This document shows positions 10,852 to 20,922 of a DNA stretch of 64,000 bases, piece after piece. The stretch is from sequence record OZ240615.1, one strand, 5' to 3'. A program made the translations under genes and the position numbers. Position 1 is the stretch's first letter. Each line of letters begins with the position of its first letter. The notes under the pieces are model-generated. The model did no database searches and had not been told where the DNA came from. It saw nothing but the letters and a program-made list of their open reading frames with translations.

Positions 10852-10859
10852 GTAATATA
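10852..10859 (-). promoter_or_regulatory. Putative early (virion RNAP) promoter motif TATATTAC
   Basis: Exact match to the phiKZ early consensus TATATTAC, about 110 nt upstream of the operon containing the nvRNAP subunit, which is an expected early gene. Confidence 0.55.
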
Positions 10860-10886
10860 GGTTTCAAGAAAATTCGATATGGCAAA

Positions 10887-10921
10887 CATAGACCCAGTCC
10901 CTCGCAATGCGAGGGACTGGG
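10887..10921 (-). terminator. Terminator hairpin of the major capsid gene
   Basis: 13-bp inverted repeat CCCAGTCCCTCGC/GCGAGGGACTGGG at 10893-10921, followed by TATG on the minus strand. Confidence 0.8.
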
Positions 10922-10954
10922 CTAAGGCTTATTTAACTAAGCAATGACGCTAAC

Positions 10955-13240
10955 TTAAGACGCCGGGGTAACCTGGGTCTCGTTAACATCCAGCGCGGTG
11001 CGCTGCGCGATCGCTTCTTCCAGGTTGATCACGTTGATGACCAGCATGATCGGCAGGAAGTTGAAGTAACGGTAACGCGGGGTCAGGCGGATTTCACGGC
11101 CGATACGTTGGTTACGGATCATGTTGAAATCAACCAGGTACTCAGGGATGAAGCCCAGAACACCGTGCTGCAGCGGATGCGGCTCAGACTCGTTCGGCAG
11201 GATGAAGGTCATGACGATTTTGTCTTTCATACGCAGATCGGAGATACGCGCGATGGTGTAATCGTAACCGATACCCACGGTGCGGTCATCGCCATTGATC
11301 TGGATGTACTGCGGCAGACGCATGTCAGTACCGATCGCTACGTGCGGCTTCGGAGAACGGCCAGAGAAGGCAGCTTCCAGAGCAGCGGTGTAACCGGTCA
11401 GCTGATCAGCGGTGTAAACCATTTCGTTGATTTTGGAAACGATCAGGCCCTGGATATCGGTCTGCTTAGCAGCCGAGGTCAGGTTGTTCAGATCGTTCAG
11501 CACGTCAATGGTCGCTTCGTTGTAGTACGGACGAACGTAGTACTGGCCAACGCCTTCCAGACCGAGGTTAGATTCGATCGGATGCGGTACACCAACGCCC
11601 AGGTAGGACTTCAGGGTGTCGGCGCGGTTCAGCAGGGTGGTCACGGCGTTGTTACGCATCTGAATGCGGTACGCAGTGGTCAGTGCTTCCAGGCGCGGAT
11701 AGGTTTTGTCGTCTTCAACCATGGCCGGTTTAACGATGACCAGCGGCGGCAGAGTCGGGATCATGAAGCCCTGTTTCTGTACGTCGGAGTCGATCAGCAG
11801 GCCCATTTCCAGCTGGTTGATGTTGGTCAGACGCGCTTCCAGGCTATAACCTACGCCGGTTACGGTCAGGCCGCTCAGTGCCGCAGAAACGCGAGAATCG
11901 GTCAGGGCGATTTCTTTGCCTTCTTTATCGAAGACACGCGCCAGACGCAGGGCACGCAGAGAGGTGTCGCCGTTACCGTTTTCGACGTTCATTTCGCCGT
12001 CAACTTTCACGTCCAGCTCGATGCGGTAGCCCAGATCAAACAGATCTTTCAGCAGTGCAGATTCCGCGCCAGCCACGGTGGTGCTTTCTTCGCCCAGGCC
12101 CAGGGAGGTGTGGAACTTCAGCTGCATCAGACGGAAGTTGTATTCACGGGTCGCCGTGTACGCAGCGTACTGGTCGCGGTTTACGTCCAGTGCGAACAGT
12201 TCAGTGGTACCGCCTTTGGTGACCGAGATCAGAAGCTGTTTCAGCGCAATACGGCTGTCCAGGGAGTCGGTAAAGGTCATGGAACCTTTTTTCAGACGGG
12301 ACGGAGTTTGCGCCAGCATCAGCAGGTTGAAGCCTTCGCCGTTTTCGCTGAATTTCAGGAAGTTGGTGTCGAAGGTATCTTTACCTTGTTTCACGGTCTG
12401 CGCAGGCAGGACGGACGGATCGATGAACTGTTCGTCGTTTTCGCCGGACTGGATAACCGGGATCAGCTCGGTGCTGTTGGTTTCCAGAGTGGTGTAATCC
12501 AGCAGACCTTGCAGGATGTTACGTTTGGAGATCTCTTGTTTCTCGCCGCTCAGACCTTCGCCGGTCCAGCCTTCCCATACCAGGTTACGACGGATAGAGA
12601 GCTGGAAGCCAGCCTGGTCCGGGGTAACGATATAGGTGCGATAGAACAGTTCAGCGAACTCGTGCTGTTTTGCCACGATCATGTTGATCGCGTAGGAATG
12701 TTCGCGCCATTTTTCGGTTTCTTTCTCATCGAAAGATTCCAGAGACGGCAGGGATTTTGCCGGCAGAGTCGCGATGGAACCGTTAGCGCCTGCGGAAACG
12801 AATTCGTTCACGCGAACGTCGCTTTCGAAAGACGGAACGGCGTAGCCGTCACGGTAATACGCACGCGGGCTGTTGTGGGACATCGCCAGAATAGCAGCAG
12901 CTTCCACTGCAACTTCTTTCTGGTGTTGGCGCAGATCATCACCGCCGTCAACGAAACCTTCGCCTTCGCCATCAACCGCGTCGGTAGCTTCGGTGATCGC
13001 AGAGATCTGCTCAACCGCGTCGTTCAGGGAATCCTTCACTGCTTCCAGGGTGTTTTCAATGTCGTCAGCCTGAACGCCCAGCGCGTCGTAGCTTTCCAGA
13101 GCTACGGACATGACACCGGCAGCCTGACCCTGTGGCAGCATTGTGTGGTTCTTTTCAACGGACTGGCGAACGCTGTCGACCAGTGATTTAATTGCGCCAG
13201 CAGCGCCGGCGTTAAGAAGACCTTTTTTAGGACGTGCCAT
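10955..13240 (-). CDS. Major capsid protein (phiKZ gp120-like)
   Basis: 761 aa; strongly optimised codon usage; N-terminal propeptide with ALE/SFE/SLE cleavage motifs; C-terminal TPRYRYFNFLPIM segment; position next to the DnaB-like gene. Confidence 0.9.
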   Translation of the reverse strand: MARPKKGLLNAGAAGAIKSLVDSVRQSVEKNHTMLPQGQAAGVMSVALESYDALGVQADDIENTLEAVKDSLNDAVEQISAITEATDAVDGEGEGFVDGGDDLRQHQKEVAVEAAAILAMSHNSPRAYYRDGYAVPSFESDVRVNEFVSAGANGSIATLPAKSLPSLESFDEKETEKWREHSYAINMIVAKQHEFAELFYRTYIVTPDQAGFQLSIRRNLVWEGWTGEGLSGEKQEISKRNILQGLLDYTTLETNSTELIPVIQSGENDEQFIDPSVLPAQTVKQGKDTFDTNFLKFSENGEGFNLLMLAQTPSRLKKGSMTFTDSLDSRIALKQLLISVTKGGTTELFALDVNRDQYAAYTATREYNFRLMQLKFHTSLGLGEESTTVAGAESALLKDLFDLGYRIELDVKVDGEMNVENGNGDTSLRALRLARVFDKEGKEIALTDSRVSAALSGLTVTGVGYSLEARLTNINQLEMGLLIDSDVQKQGFMIPTLPPLVIVKPAMVEDDKTYPRLEALTTAYRIQMRNNAVTTLLNRADTLKSYLGVGVPHPIESNLGLEGVGQYYVRPYYNEATIDVLNDLNNLTSAAKQTDIQGLIVSKINEMVYTADQLTGYTAALEAAFSGRSPKPHVAIGTDMRLPQYIQINGDDRTVGIGYDYTIARISDLRMKDKIVMTFILPNESEPHPLQHGVLGFIPEYLVDFNMIRNQRIGREIRLTPRYRYFNFLPIMLVINVINLEEAIAQRTALDVNETQVTPAS

Positions 13241-13353
13241 TTTATTACGTTCCTTTAATAACGTTATTTTAGAAACTCTCTCGACAGCGCTGTCAAGAAA
13301 TTGTCATATGATTCTACAGGTTAAGGCTGAGTTTGTTTCATATTATACTACTA

Positions 13354-13914
13354 CTAGCCCGATACTGCTACACGGAGGTAACGTTTAAAAAACTCGTACT
13401 GTTTAAACTCGGCGTACTCGAGCTTATCCCCAACCGACTCCAGTAGCGCATTGTAAAACGCGCGCTCATCCTGGAACACCGGGACACGGCTCCCTATAAG
13501 AAGTAATGTATCCGAATCGAGGAGTAAAGGAAGGTAGTATTCCTTCGCCATTAATCCGACGGGGGTGAACGATAATGCTGATTCGCTTTTTTCGGCGAGA
13601 GCGTCCGTCACATTAACGGAAATGCGCACTTTCTCAACTTTCTTACCACGATCGGAGAGGAACAGCGTATTCCCGTCTGTGGTCGCAATGGAAGGAATGT
13701 CTTCAAAAGCACGGTCGGTAAACCCGTTAATATAATTTTGCGTTAAAGCATAAATAATCACTTGCTCCTCTGATAGTATAGAACCTTTAGATTCTAACAA
13801 CGTAGAAAAGCAAAGAAGATCTTTATAGCTTAGGTCCGGGGATGCGCTAACTAACTCATCCAACCAACTCGGAACCAACGCGACACGAAGACGTTTTATT
13901 GCTGTGATCTTCAT
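13354..13914 (-). CDS. Conserved hypothetical/virion protein (phiKZ gp119-like)
   Basis: 186-aa ORF between the helicase and MCP genes. Confidence 0.65.
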   Translation of the reverse strand: MKITAIKRLRVALVPSWLDELVSASPDLSYKDLLCFSTLLESKGSILSEEQVIIYALTQNYINGFTDRAFEDIPSIATTDGNTLFLSDRGKKVEKVRISVNVTDALAEKSESALSFTPVGLMAKEYYLPLLLDSDTLLLIGSRVPVFQDERAFYNALLESVGDKLEYAEFKQYEFFKRYLRVAVSG

Positions 13915-13971
13915 AACGGCCCCTGTGGGTAATAAAAGAATTTTAACATAAAATTTGAGTGAGATGGAACC

Positions 13972-15531
13972 ATGAATTACAAAATGACGATTGTCAATGC
14001 CTTAGCGCTGTTGTATTGGGAAAATCAAATTCCGTCGGGCAGTGACAGTAAGGCGCTCGTCAAGAACATTTTACAATATGCCACACCAGCAAAGAATTCT
14101 ACCGACAGCGAAAAAGTAAAAGAAATCTACGAAGGAATTCAAGTTCTCATTCTCAAGATGACTTCACGGGTGGAGCTCTGCAAGAACCGTGAATTGATTG
14201 TTCAAAACGTCAGGATGATCGCGAGCGATGAACCCTATGTTGTTGACATCGTGGAAGGGGCGCTCGACTTACATCTTGATGAAGCCGCCATTAAAAATCA
14301 TTGTCGCCTCCTTATACAGGAGTTAAACGACGTCATACGTAAGGCGGAATTTCGCAAACGGTTCCAAGAATTCAGTAAAGACGTTCTCTACAGTGAGGGA
14401 GAATTTCAACTCAACGAAGTCGCGCGCAGTATCATCACCCAATTTGAAGGTTATGCACACGATAAGAGCGATCGGCCAGAACACACCCCTGGCGTCATGG
14501 ACTTTGTTGACTTTAATGACACGGAATCACTGAAAGCCATCTTTACCCGAGCACGAGATCAAATCTCTCCGGATGAGATTATTAAATTTGGGTTACAGGG
14601 ATTAAACCGCATGTTCGGCGAGCAGCTAGGTGGACGTCGCGGGGAAATGGTGTTAATCGGCGGTCTCCAGCACCACTTTAAATCGGGTCTCACTATGAAG
14701 ATGACGTCGGGGGCGGCGTTATACAATATCCCAAAACTAAAAGACCCGACAAAGAAACCAGCAATCGTCTTAATCTCCTCTGAGAACGATTTGCCAATAA
14801 ACATGCAAACCATGTACAAACAATGCGTGGAGCCGACATTAGGGAGACAGATCAAGAAAAGTGAGATCGACCCGACAATAGCTGCACAATTCATGAAAGA
14901 GAAGTTTGCAGAAAACGGGTGGCATTTCTTGATGTTCCGTATTAACCCTGACGAGTTCACTTTCTCTTCATTGCAATCGTTGACATTAGGTTTGGAAGCG
15001 GACGGTTATGAAATTGTAGTAATGACGTTTGATTACCTCGCCATGATGTCAGCAAAAGGCTTTGACAATAATGGCATTACGGGGCGCGAAAAACAGGCCA
15101 TGTTTAAACGAACCCGTAACTTTATGGTGATGCGCCATGTGCTATTCATCACCCCCCATCAGCTTTCTACCGAAGCGCTGGCGATTGAGCGCGACCGTCC
15201 GGGTCAGTTCTTGAACGAAATCCTTAACCGGGCTTATTACAACGAATGTAAAACAATTGCTCAAGAAGTGGATGTCGAAATCAATATTCAAAAACAGATT
15301 GTCGACGGGATTGCTTACCTGAACCTCGGTCGTGGTAAACACCGTGGTGTAGACAACACGCCATTACAAGATCAACGTTGCACATATCAGTTCACCGATA
15401 TTGGGATCGTTGATGATATTAATGGCCCTGACATGAGCATGAAAAAGCCTGGCGCTAACACCGCAAGTTCCGGCGGTGGGGCTGCGTGGCATCAGACTAC
15501 CGATCAACTTAATGACTTTATCTTAAACTAA
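13972..15531 (+). CDS. DnaB-like replicative helicase (phiKZ gp118-like)
   Basis: 519 aa; divergent Walker A GGLQHHFKS, IVVMTFDYL Walker B, FITPHQLS motif, RGKHRG arginine finger. Confidence 0.85.
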   Translation: MNYKMTIVNALALLYWENQIPSGSDSKALVKNILQYATPAKNSTDSEKVKEIYEGIQVLILKMTSRVELCKNRELIVQNVRMIASDEPYVVDIVEGALDLHLDEAAIKNHCRLLIQELNDVIRKAEFRKRFQEFSKDVLYSEGEFQLNEVARSIITQFEGYAHDKSDRPEHTPGVMDFVDFNDTESLKAIFTRARDQISPDEIIKFGLQGLNRMFGEQLGGRRGEMVLIGGLQHHFKSGLTMKMTSGAALYNIPKLKDPTKKPAIVLISSENDLPINMQTMYKQCVEPTLGRQIKKSEIDPTIAAQFMKEKFAENGWHFLMFRINPDEFTFSSLQSLTLGLEADGYEIVVMTFDYLAMMSAKGFDNNGITGREKQAMFKRTRNFMVMRHVLFITPHQLSTEALAIERDRPGQFLNEILNRAYYNECKTIAQEVDVEINIQKQIVDGIAYLNLGRGKHRGVDNTPLQDQRCTYQFTDIGIVDDINGPDMSMKKPGANTASSGGGAAWHQTTDQLNDFILN

Positions 15532-15565
15532 ATTAAACCCTTTCACTCAAATCGGCATAGTGCCG

Positions 15566-15596
15566 CTCCCCTGGATAGCAAAAGCTATCCAGGGGA
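15566..15596. terminator. Bidirectional terminator hairpin
   Basis: CTCCCCTGGATAGC/GCTATCCAGGGGAG between convergent genes. Confidence 0.8.
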
Positions 15597-15614
15597 GGCT
15601 TTTTAAGCGCGCCG

Positions 15615-15989
15615 TCATTTTACAGGTTTTAATGGGTTCATCTCAAGTAAGTCGGGATGGTCAGGAAAAGTAGATTTAAGTTTTCGGTATAAACAGGTCT
15701 GGTAACGAGCGGGATTCTCATCCACCATTGACAAAAGCTCGTCGCCGCTTTTAAAGGCACCTTCATCGGAGGTCAGGAAACCAACATAGAGGAGATGCGC
15801 GTAAATCCCTGCGGTCTTATCGCTGTGCTTGTGGTTTGCACGGAGGGTGTCTAACATATCCTTCGCGGACAAGATAGTAAAGTGGTTTAGTTTATCTATC
15901 AGATACTCAATATGGTCGAGCTGTTGTGCTGTGGTCATGCGCTTCATACGTTCGCTGTTCAACGAAGTAACGTCACCCATATTCTTCAC
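15615..15989 (-). CDS. Hypothetical protein
   Basis: 124-aa ORF; GTGA overlap with the upstream gene. Confidence 0.65.
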   Translation of the reverse strand: MKNMGDVTSLNSERMKRMTTAQQLDHIEYLIDKLNHFTILSAKDMLDTLRANHKHSDKTAGIYAHLLYVGFLTSDEGAFKSGDELLSMVDENPARYQTCLYRKLKSTFPDHPDLLEMNPLKPVK

Positions 15990-16165
15990 CCCTCTGTTAA
16001 CTCGAGATATTTCTGAGCGATTTCGTCATCACCCATGGCAGACAACTGATTCTGAGTATAACCAAACCGATACTGTAGAATTGATTCCTGGTACGCTCGT
16101 GCCGACAATTCGGTCTCACCACCGGCATCGATATGGTAACTGACTTTATCGTTTTGTTGTTTCAT
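15986..16165 (-). CDS. Small hypothetical protein (MKQQNDK...)
   Basis: Start moved to the ATG at 16165, which has an AAGGA RBS; 59 aa. Confidence 0.55.
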   Translation of the reverse strand: MKQQNDKVSYHIDAGGETELSARAYQESILQYRFGYTQNQLSAMGDDEIAQKYLELTEG

Positions 16166-16247
16166 AGAAGGTGTCCTTGTGCAAAGAAAATAAAAATACA
16201 CTGACGGAGTTTCCTCCGTCAGTGAACCAAATGGTTTAAAAATCTCA

Positions 16248-17075
16248 TCAGAAGTCTAGACGTAGTACATAGGACATGACTGGGTTACAGTAGACCGAAG
16301 CATCCGTGAGAACCGACAACCGCCGCGACCAGTATTGACTGGTCAATAACGTTTTATTCGTCATGGCTTTTGCCATCACCCCATAAAGGGAATAAGCTAC
16401 GCCGCGCGCTTGCGATTGCATCTCAAATGCTGTACGTTCTTTACCAAAGCTATAACCCTGCCCTGGGAAGTAGAGACTGAAGCTCTCTTCACCGTAAGGG
16501 AATTGATTGACATCCAAAGATGACCATCTAGCTATTCCCGCTAACCACGTCTGGAGTTCATAATAATCCTTACCTCGTAAAAAGAAATCCGGAGATTCGT
16601 TATTCACAAGTGCGGCGCGTTGAGCGTAGGTCAAAACTGGTGTATTAAAAAGAATTTTCGCGCAGATGTCTTCAGGGTGAATTTTGTCGATCCAAACCAG
16701 CTCGGTATTCCATGCATATAGCCATGAGAATAATTTTTGAATATGGGTTTCAATCAGACTAGTACTTTGCTCCGTATCGAACGTGATCGTCTCGAGGAAA
16801 TTCATCACCTCAGCCGTGGCTTCTTTGGCCATAGGGTAACGATCTAGTAGCGGTTCGTAAACCCCGTTCTCAGGAAACTTAACCATGATGTAGCCATCGA
16901 CTAATGAGATCGCATAGTTGATGGTGTTGTGCCCCCACGGATCGCTGTAGAACGGATTGAGTACTTCATCGACGGTGAGGATTTGACGTTGGTTATACGT
17001 CTTTGTTCTGGTGAGGGAGTTGTTAATCCACTGTTTGACTTTCGGTATCCAATTCTGATTCTCCGGATAAAGCAT
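16248..17075 (-). CDS. Hypothetical protein
   Basis: 275-aa ORF with GGAG RBS. Confidence 0.7.
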   Translation of the reverse strand: MLYPENQNWIPKVKQWINNSLTRTKTYNQRQILTVDEVLNPFYSDPWGHNTINYAISLVDGYIMVKFPENGVYEPLLDRYPMAKEATAEVMNFLETITFDTEQSTSLIETHIQKLFSWLYAWNTELVWIDKIHPEDICAKILFNTPVLTYAQRAALVNNESPDFFLRGKDYYELQTWLAGIARWSSLDVNQFPYGEESFSLYFPGQGYSFGKERTAFEMQSQARGVAYSLYGVMAKAMTNKTLLTSQYWSRRLSVLTDASVYCNPVMSYVLRLDF

Positions 17076-17655
17076 ACATTCTCCAGTCGAGTTGTAGAGG
17101 TGGAAAAATCACGAGGTGCGTGAAGCGAGAAAGATGATCGTAATCAAAAAACCCGCCTTGGCTTTGATAAAACGCAATAGCTCGTTTATCCGCACGTAAG
17201 ACAAGTAGTTTAACTGCCTCTTTACAGCGAGCCCCTCGAATAGATTGTATCAATTTACCACCGAGCCCTTGTCCTCGGTATTTTTTACCGATAATAAAAG
17301 CATCAATCAAAGGGTGTTGGTCGATCATGGATAGAACATAACCTAATATACGACCCTTTGATCTTAAGAGCCAAAGCTCAACATCACGTTGATGAACATC
17401 CATTACTTCAAGTGCCGACTCAGTAAACGACTGAATATAAAGCGATTGATGATTCAACTTATTCAAGTGCTGTTGGAGTTCCGCCGTAAGTTCATTCAGT
17501 TGCGCTAGTTCATCAGTCGATAACTGAAAAGGTTGGTCAGGACTTAGCTTTCGGTGTTCTACAAAAAACTCACTCAGGGTTTCGCCAGGAAGAAGGTGAG
17601 TAAAGCTGCTGATACTTGTAATTTTTGCATGAGACCTGGGGTTTCGGTGTTCCAC
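17023..17655 (-). CDS. GNAT-family acetyltransferase (start uncertain)
   Basis: Acetyl-CoA motif A IIGKKYRGQGLGGKLI and motif B AIAFYQSQG; overlaps both neighbours. Confidence 0.75.
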   Translation of the reverse strand: MEHRNPRSHAKITSISSFTHLLPGETLSEFFVEHRKLSPDQPFQLSTDELAQLNELTAELQQHLNKLNHQSLYIQSFTESALEVMDVHQRDVELWLLRSKGRILGYVLSMIDQHPLIDAFIIGKKYRGQGLGGKLIQSIRGARCKEAVKLLVLRADKRAIAFYQSQGGFFDYDHLSRFTHLVIFPPLQLDWRMYALSGESELDTESQTVD

Positions 17656-18917
17656 TGTTCTTCTGCCCGTATGAGTGTACCTTCGAGGATCGTTGTTACT
17701 GACCCATTATCGTAATAAACACGAACCGGCATTCCTGGTGTTAGCAGGCGAATGTCGGATCGCTCCCATTTTGCTACCATGATCATCCCGTCGCGGGATG
17801 CGATTCGTGATTGTTCTCTGGCGATGTTATCGGTGATCGGGTTATCTCCCACTGGTGCAAAGGTTAGCCCGTCGGCTCTTTGATGGCGAATAATATCTGC
17901 ACTAACTCCTTCGCGGTTATAGACCGCCTTGTTATCCCCGTCTACCACAACAGGCGTTTCGAAGAAATTACTGGCGCGCTGGAAATGTACCCCATTACCA
18001 CCTGAGATATCCCCTGCCACGGAGATATCCTGAGTCTTCGTTCCGCCGGTCGCGATCACCTTCAGGGTTTGTCCTTCCCACTTGTACGTGCAATCTGCTG
18101 TTGGGAGTTTTAACGAATCAGCAACAAAGACGGAGAGTCGTCGTTCCGTCTTTGTGAATCGTTGGGTATTGTACAAGGGATAAATATACCATCGTTGATT
18201 TTGGATAAAGGATCCAATATCTTGATTATAGATCCCGCCTTCGCGTCCTTGTAAGTAACAAGGGAGCTCTGTCATCTTAACCTGATGATCAATGATGATT
18301 TGATCCCTTACTGCTGCTTCCCCGGTAATATCCGGGGTAACGATATCGAGCCCTAATAGCGCCGGGAGACCTGCCTGCGTATCTTCGTCTGTCTTGGCAA
18401 CAATGTAGGTTTTCATCGCTTCGAATGCGCTAGTGAATCGAAAGATCCCTTGGGCTGATTTCGCCGACATGCTTAATGCGATCGGGTCAACCAACTGCAC
18501 ATGGAAGATCCTCAGGTCATCAGAACCATCTGTATAAGGTACCGACTGTAGTCCGGAATCGGTTCTGAGTGAGGCGATGGAGTTATCAGAGAAAAATGCC
18601 CGGTAGGTCGTTTGTATCGTCAGTCCGTTACTGAATTTCACTTCTGAAACTGTGTCAATCTGCTCCTGAAACAGAGTCAGGTAAAGATTATCTCTTGCCT
18701 TAAATAAGGTAAGGTAATCTTTGGTGATCATAGCGACTTCGATAGTGATATTCGAACAGAAGCTCTCTGTATACGCTGACGTAATACGTTTCCCTAAAAC
18801 TGCTTGGACAGGGTATTGCACCCCTTTCAGTGTAAAGATCGCCCTGAACTGATATCGCGGGTTCACTCCGCTACCCGCGATAGTCATGATTTGCTGACGT
18901 AAAAGTTTTGTGTTCAT
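17574..18917 (-). CDS. Virion structural protein (phiKZ gp101-like, putative baseplate hub)
   Basis: 447 aa; position in the gp98-gp101-like block; C-terminal LTPGMPVRVYY motif reminiscent of hub proteins. Confidence 0.6.
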   Translation of the reverse strand: MNTKLLRQQIMTIAGSGVNPRYQFRAIFTLKGVQYPVQAVLGKRITSAYTESFCSNITIEVAMITKDYLTLFKARDNLYLTLFQEQIDTVSEVKFSNGLTIQTTYRAFFSDNSIASLRTDSGLQSVPYTDGSDDLRIFHVQLVDPIALSMSAKSAQGIFRFTSAFEAMKTYIVAKTDEDTQAGLPALLGLDIVTPDITGEAAVRDQIIIDHQVKMTELPCYLQGREGGIYNQDIGSFIQNQRWYIYPLYNTQRFTKTERRLSVFVADSLKLPTADCTYKWEGQTLKVIATGGTKTQDISVAGDISGGNGVHFQRASNFFETPVVVDGDNKAVYNREGVSADIIRHQRADGLTFAPVGDNPITDNIAREQSRIASRDGMIMVAKWERSDIRLLTPGMPVRVYYDNGSVTTILEGTLIRAEEQWNTETPGLMQKLQVSAALLTFFLAKP

Positions 18918-19540
18918 TAGCGGTACCGTTTTCTTTTCTTCAGTACGGAGTAATCAATACGTTCTTCGATAGGGATATAATCAGCTGCCGACTTTTTAGC
19001 AAAGACTGATTTCTGACCAAACGGGTCGGTACCAATAACGGGACCGGAATCTTTGATGATCTTCGCCAAACCGGTGACCTCTTCGTCTTTTCCGTGTTGG
19101 CGAACTTTGTTGTAGAGCTGACGGGCGAATTCGTCCATCTTCCGCAGATCTTCAAGGCGCCGTTGGGTGATTTCGGGGTCTTCTCGTCGGAGACCATGAA
19201 CCTGAGACTGATGCCATCGGGTACAGTCGGAGAGATGTTCCTGAATAATTTTGTTGATTTTTTCAGCGTCCTTCATCCCGTAAACTAACTCCATTTCCAC
19301 GCCGTCGTGCCAGAGCTCAACCATTTCGGCGATTGTGCGCCAAACAACAGTTGGGCGTTTGGCGGCTTGAGCGTCGATGTCCGCATACCCGGTGGTAAAA
19401 ATCCCCCGCTGCGCGATGTCATTCTCATCTAACGAATCCATCACTGACATTCTGACACTGAAGTGTTTATCGAAGATAAGCTCACCAGCCGTTTTCGGTT
19501 TGTGTTCAACCGTTTCAATTTTGACAGACATTGTCATCAC
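18917..19540 (-). CDS. Conserved hypothetical protein (phiKZ gp100-like)
   Basis: 207-aa ORF translationally coupled to both neighbours. Confidence 0.65.
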   Translation of the reverse strand: MMTMSVKIETVEHKPKTAGELIFDKHFSVRMSVMDSLDENDIAQRGIFTTGYADIDAQAAKRPTVVWRTIAEMVELWHDGVEMELVYGMKDAEKINKIIQEHLSDCTRWHQSQVHGLRREDPEITQRRLEDLRKMDEFARQLYNKVRQHGKDEEVTGLAKIIKDSGPVIGTDPFGQKSVFAKKSAADYIPIEERIDYSVLKKRKRYR

Positions 19541-20910
19541 GAAAGTCCTCTTAACGCTGCAGGGATTAACGCGTACAGAATGGGAAGGTAATAAAACTGA
19601 TTAAGATCATCCCAATTCCGAGAGTCGTTAAAAAGCGCCATCAAATCTTGAGCTGAAACTTGCCCGTGATTTAATGTTTCCCAAACTAAGGTCTCAAGAA
19701 CAGAGAGACTTTCCGTTCTACGACCGTAGAACATTTCAGAGAAGATATAATAGTCATCGATGGTAACATCTTTGATCCCTTTGTTCCAACCTTGAGAATA
19801 CGGGATCAGTACGTCTTCCGGGAAATATTGATCCAAGGTATATCTGACCCGTGGCCGCGTTCGATAGCCCTGTATAAGTGAAATGGCTTTTGGTTTGGTT
19901 TCCCACCCGTTACGGTATCGATCGCTGTTATTCGGGAAACAAACGTATGGGACACCCATGTACTGCGGTCCGCGGTAAAAAGGATCGGTCAAAAATAAAC
20001 TGGACTGGACTATCGGGATTTTCGTTTCCACGATGTCCATCAACAGGTCTTCCTGATCGAGTAGAGCATCAAGCACTGTTTTTATTTCACGAATTGTTCC
20101 ATCCATGACGTTTAAGAATGCCATTCCATGGAAAGGACCGATATTTTCCTGCGACCAAAGCGCTGAGACAAAAGTGGTCAGGAAAGGGTCGTAAATAATA
20201 TTTCGTTTCTGACCTGGGATGGTCAGGGTAGAGTACTCTTTATCGTAAAACTTGTTGAGGTAGAACAAGGGAATACGTTCACGCCAGTCCATTAGGGTTC
20301 GGTAATCGCCGTGCGCAGAATCTGAAATCACCGGATTAATACCGGAGTCCAAGAAACTCGGAATAAAGAAATATTCCTCGACCGTTTTGTCTTTGAGTTT
20401 CTTGGCGTAATCCGCGTCAAGGAAATCTCGCATTACGTACTCGATCCGGTACGTTGTCTGCATGTAAATCGAGCGTTGTTCCGGTGGCTGCGAGATCTGG
20501 AAAATACCCACTCGACCATCAAGTAAGGTCGCGGTAAAAAGATCGCCTATATTTGGGCGAACTCCGGGATACATGTTCGCGCCCCCACGAACCGTAAACT
20601 CCTGCGTCTCTGGTCGGAATTCGGGACTGACTTGAATAGCTTCCGTTACTTTTAATTCGAGACCATTGATCTTTTTATATTGTTGGTTTATTTCCAGCCG
20701 GGAAACTTGCAGGCCCGCAGGGGCGTTATCGCCATTCAGAATCTGACTATACCAGGTAACTTTCCACGGTTTACCTTCGATGGTCGTTAAGATCGTACTT
20801 AACGGCGTGTATTGGGTATCGATAGCGACATCACGATACGGCGTTTTGTTGGCTTTAAACTGAGGAAGAGGTTGGCTCGGTGCATCATCTTCTTCGTTGA
20901 ATAACGACAT
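19537..20910 (-). CDS. Virion structural protein (phiKZ gp99-like, possible neck/head-closure)
   Basis: 457 aa, GGAG RBS, synteny. Confidence 0.65.
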   Translation of the reverse strand: MSLFNEEDDAPSQPLPQFKANKTPYRDVAIDTQYTPLSTILTTIEGKPWKVTWYSQILNGDNAPAGLQVSRLEINQQYKKINGLELKVTEAIQVSPEFRPETQEFTVRGGANMYPGVRPNIGDLFTATLLDGRVGIFQISQPPEQRSIYMQTTYRIEYVMRDFLDADYAKKLKDKTVEEYFFIPSFLDSGINPVISDSAHGDYRTLMDWRERIPLFYLNKFYDKEYSTLTIPGQKRNIIYDPFLTTFVSALWSQENIGPFHGMAFLNVMDGTIREIKTVLDALLDQEDLLMDIVETKIPIVQSSLFLTDPFYRGPQYMGVPYVCFPNNSDRYRNGWETKPKAISLIQGYRTRPRVRYTLDQYFPEDVLIPYSQGWNKGIKDVTIDDYYIFSEMFYGRRTESLSVLETLVWETLNHGQVSAQDLMALFNDSRNWDDLNQFYYLPILYALIPAALRGLS

Positions 20911-20922
20911 GTCTAATTCTCC

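Noticed and set aside
11108-13186. 692-aa plus-strand ORF antisense to the major capsid gene
   Set aside because: Codon-aligned shadow of a strongly biased gene; no RBS or motifs.
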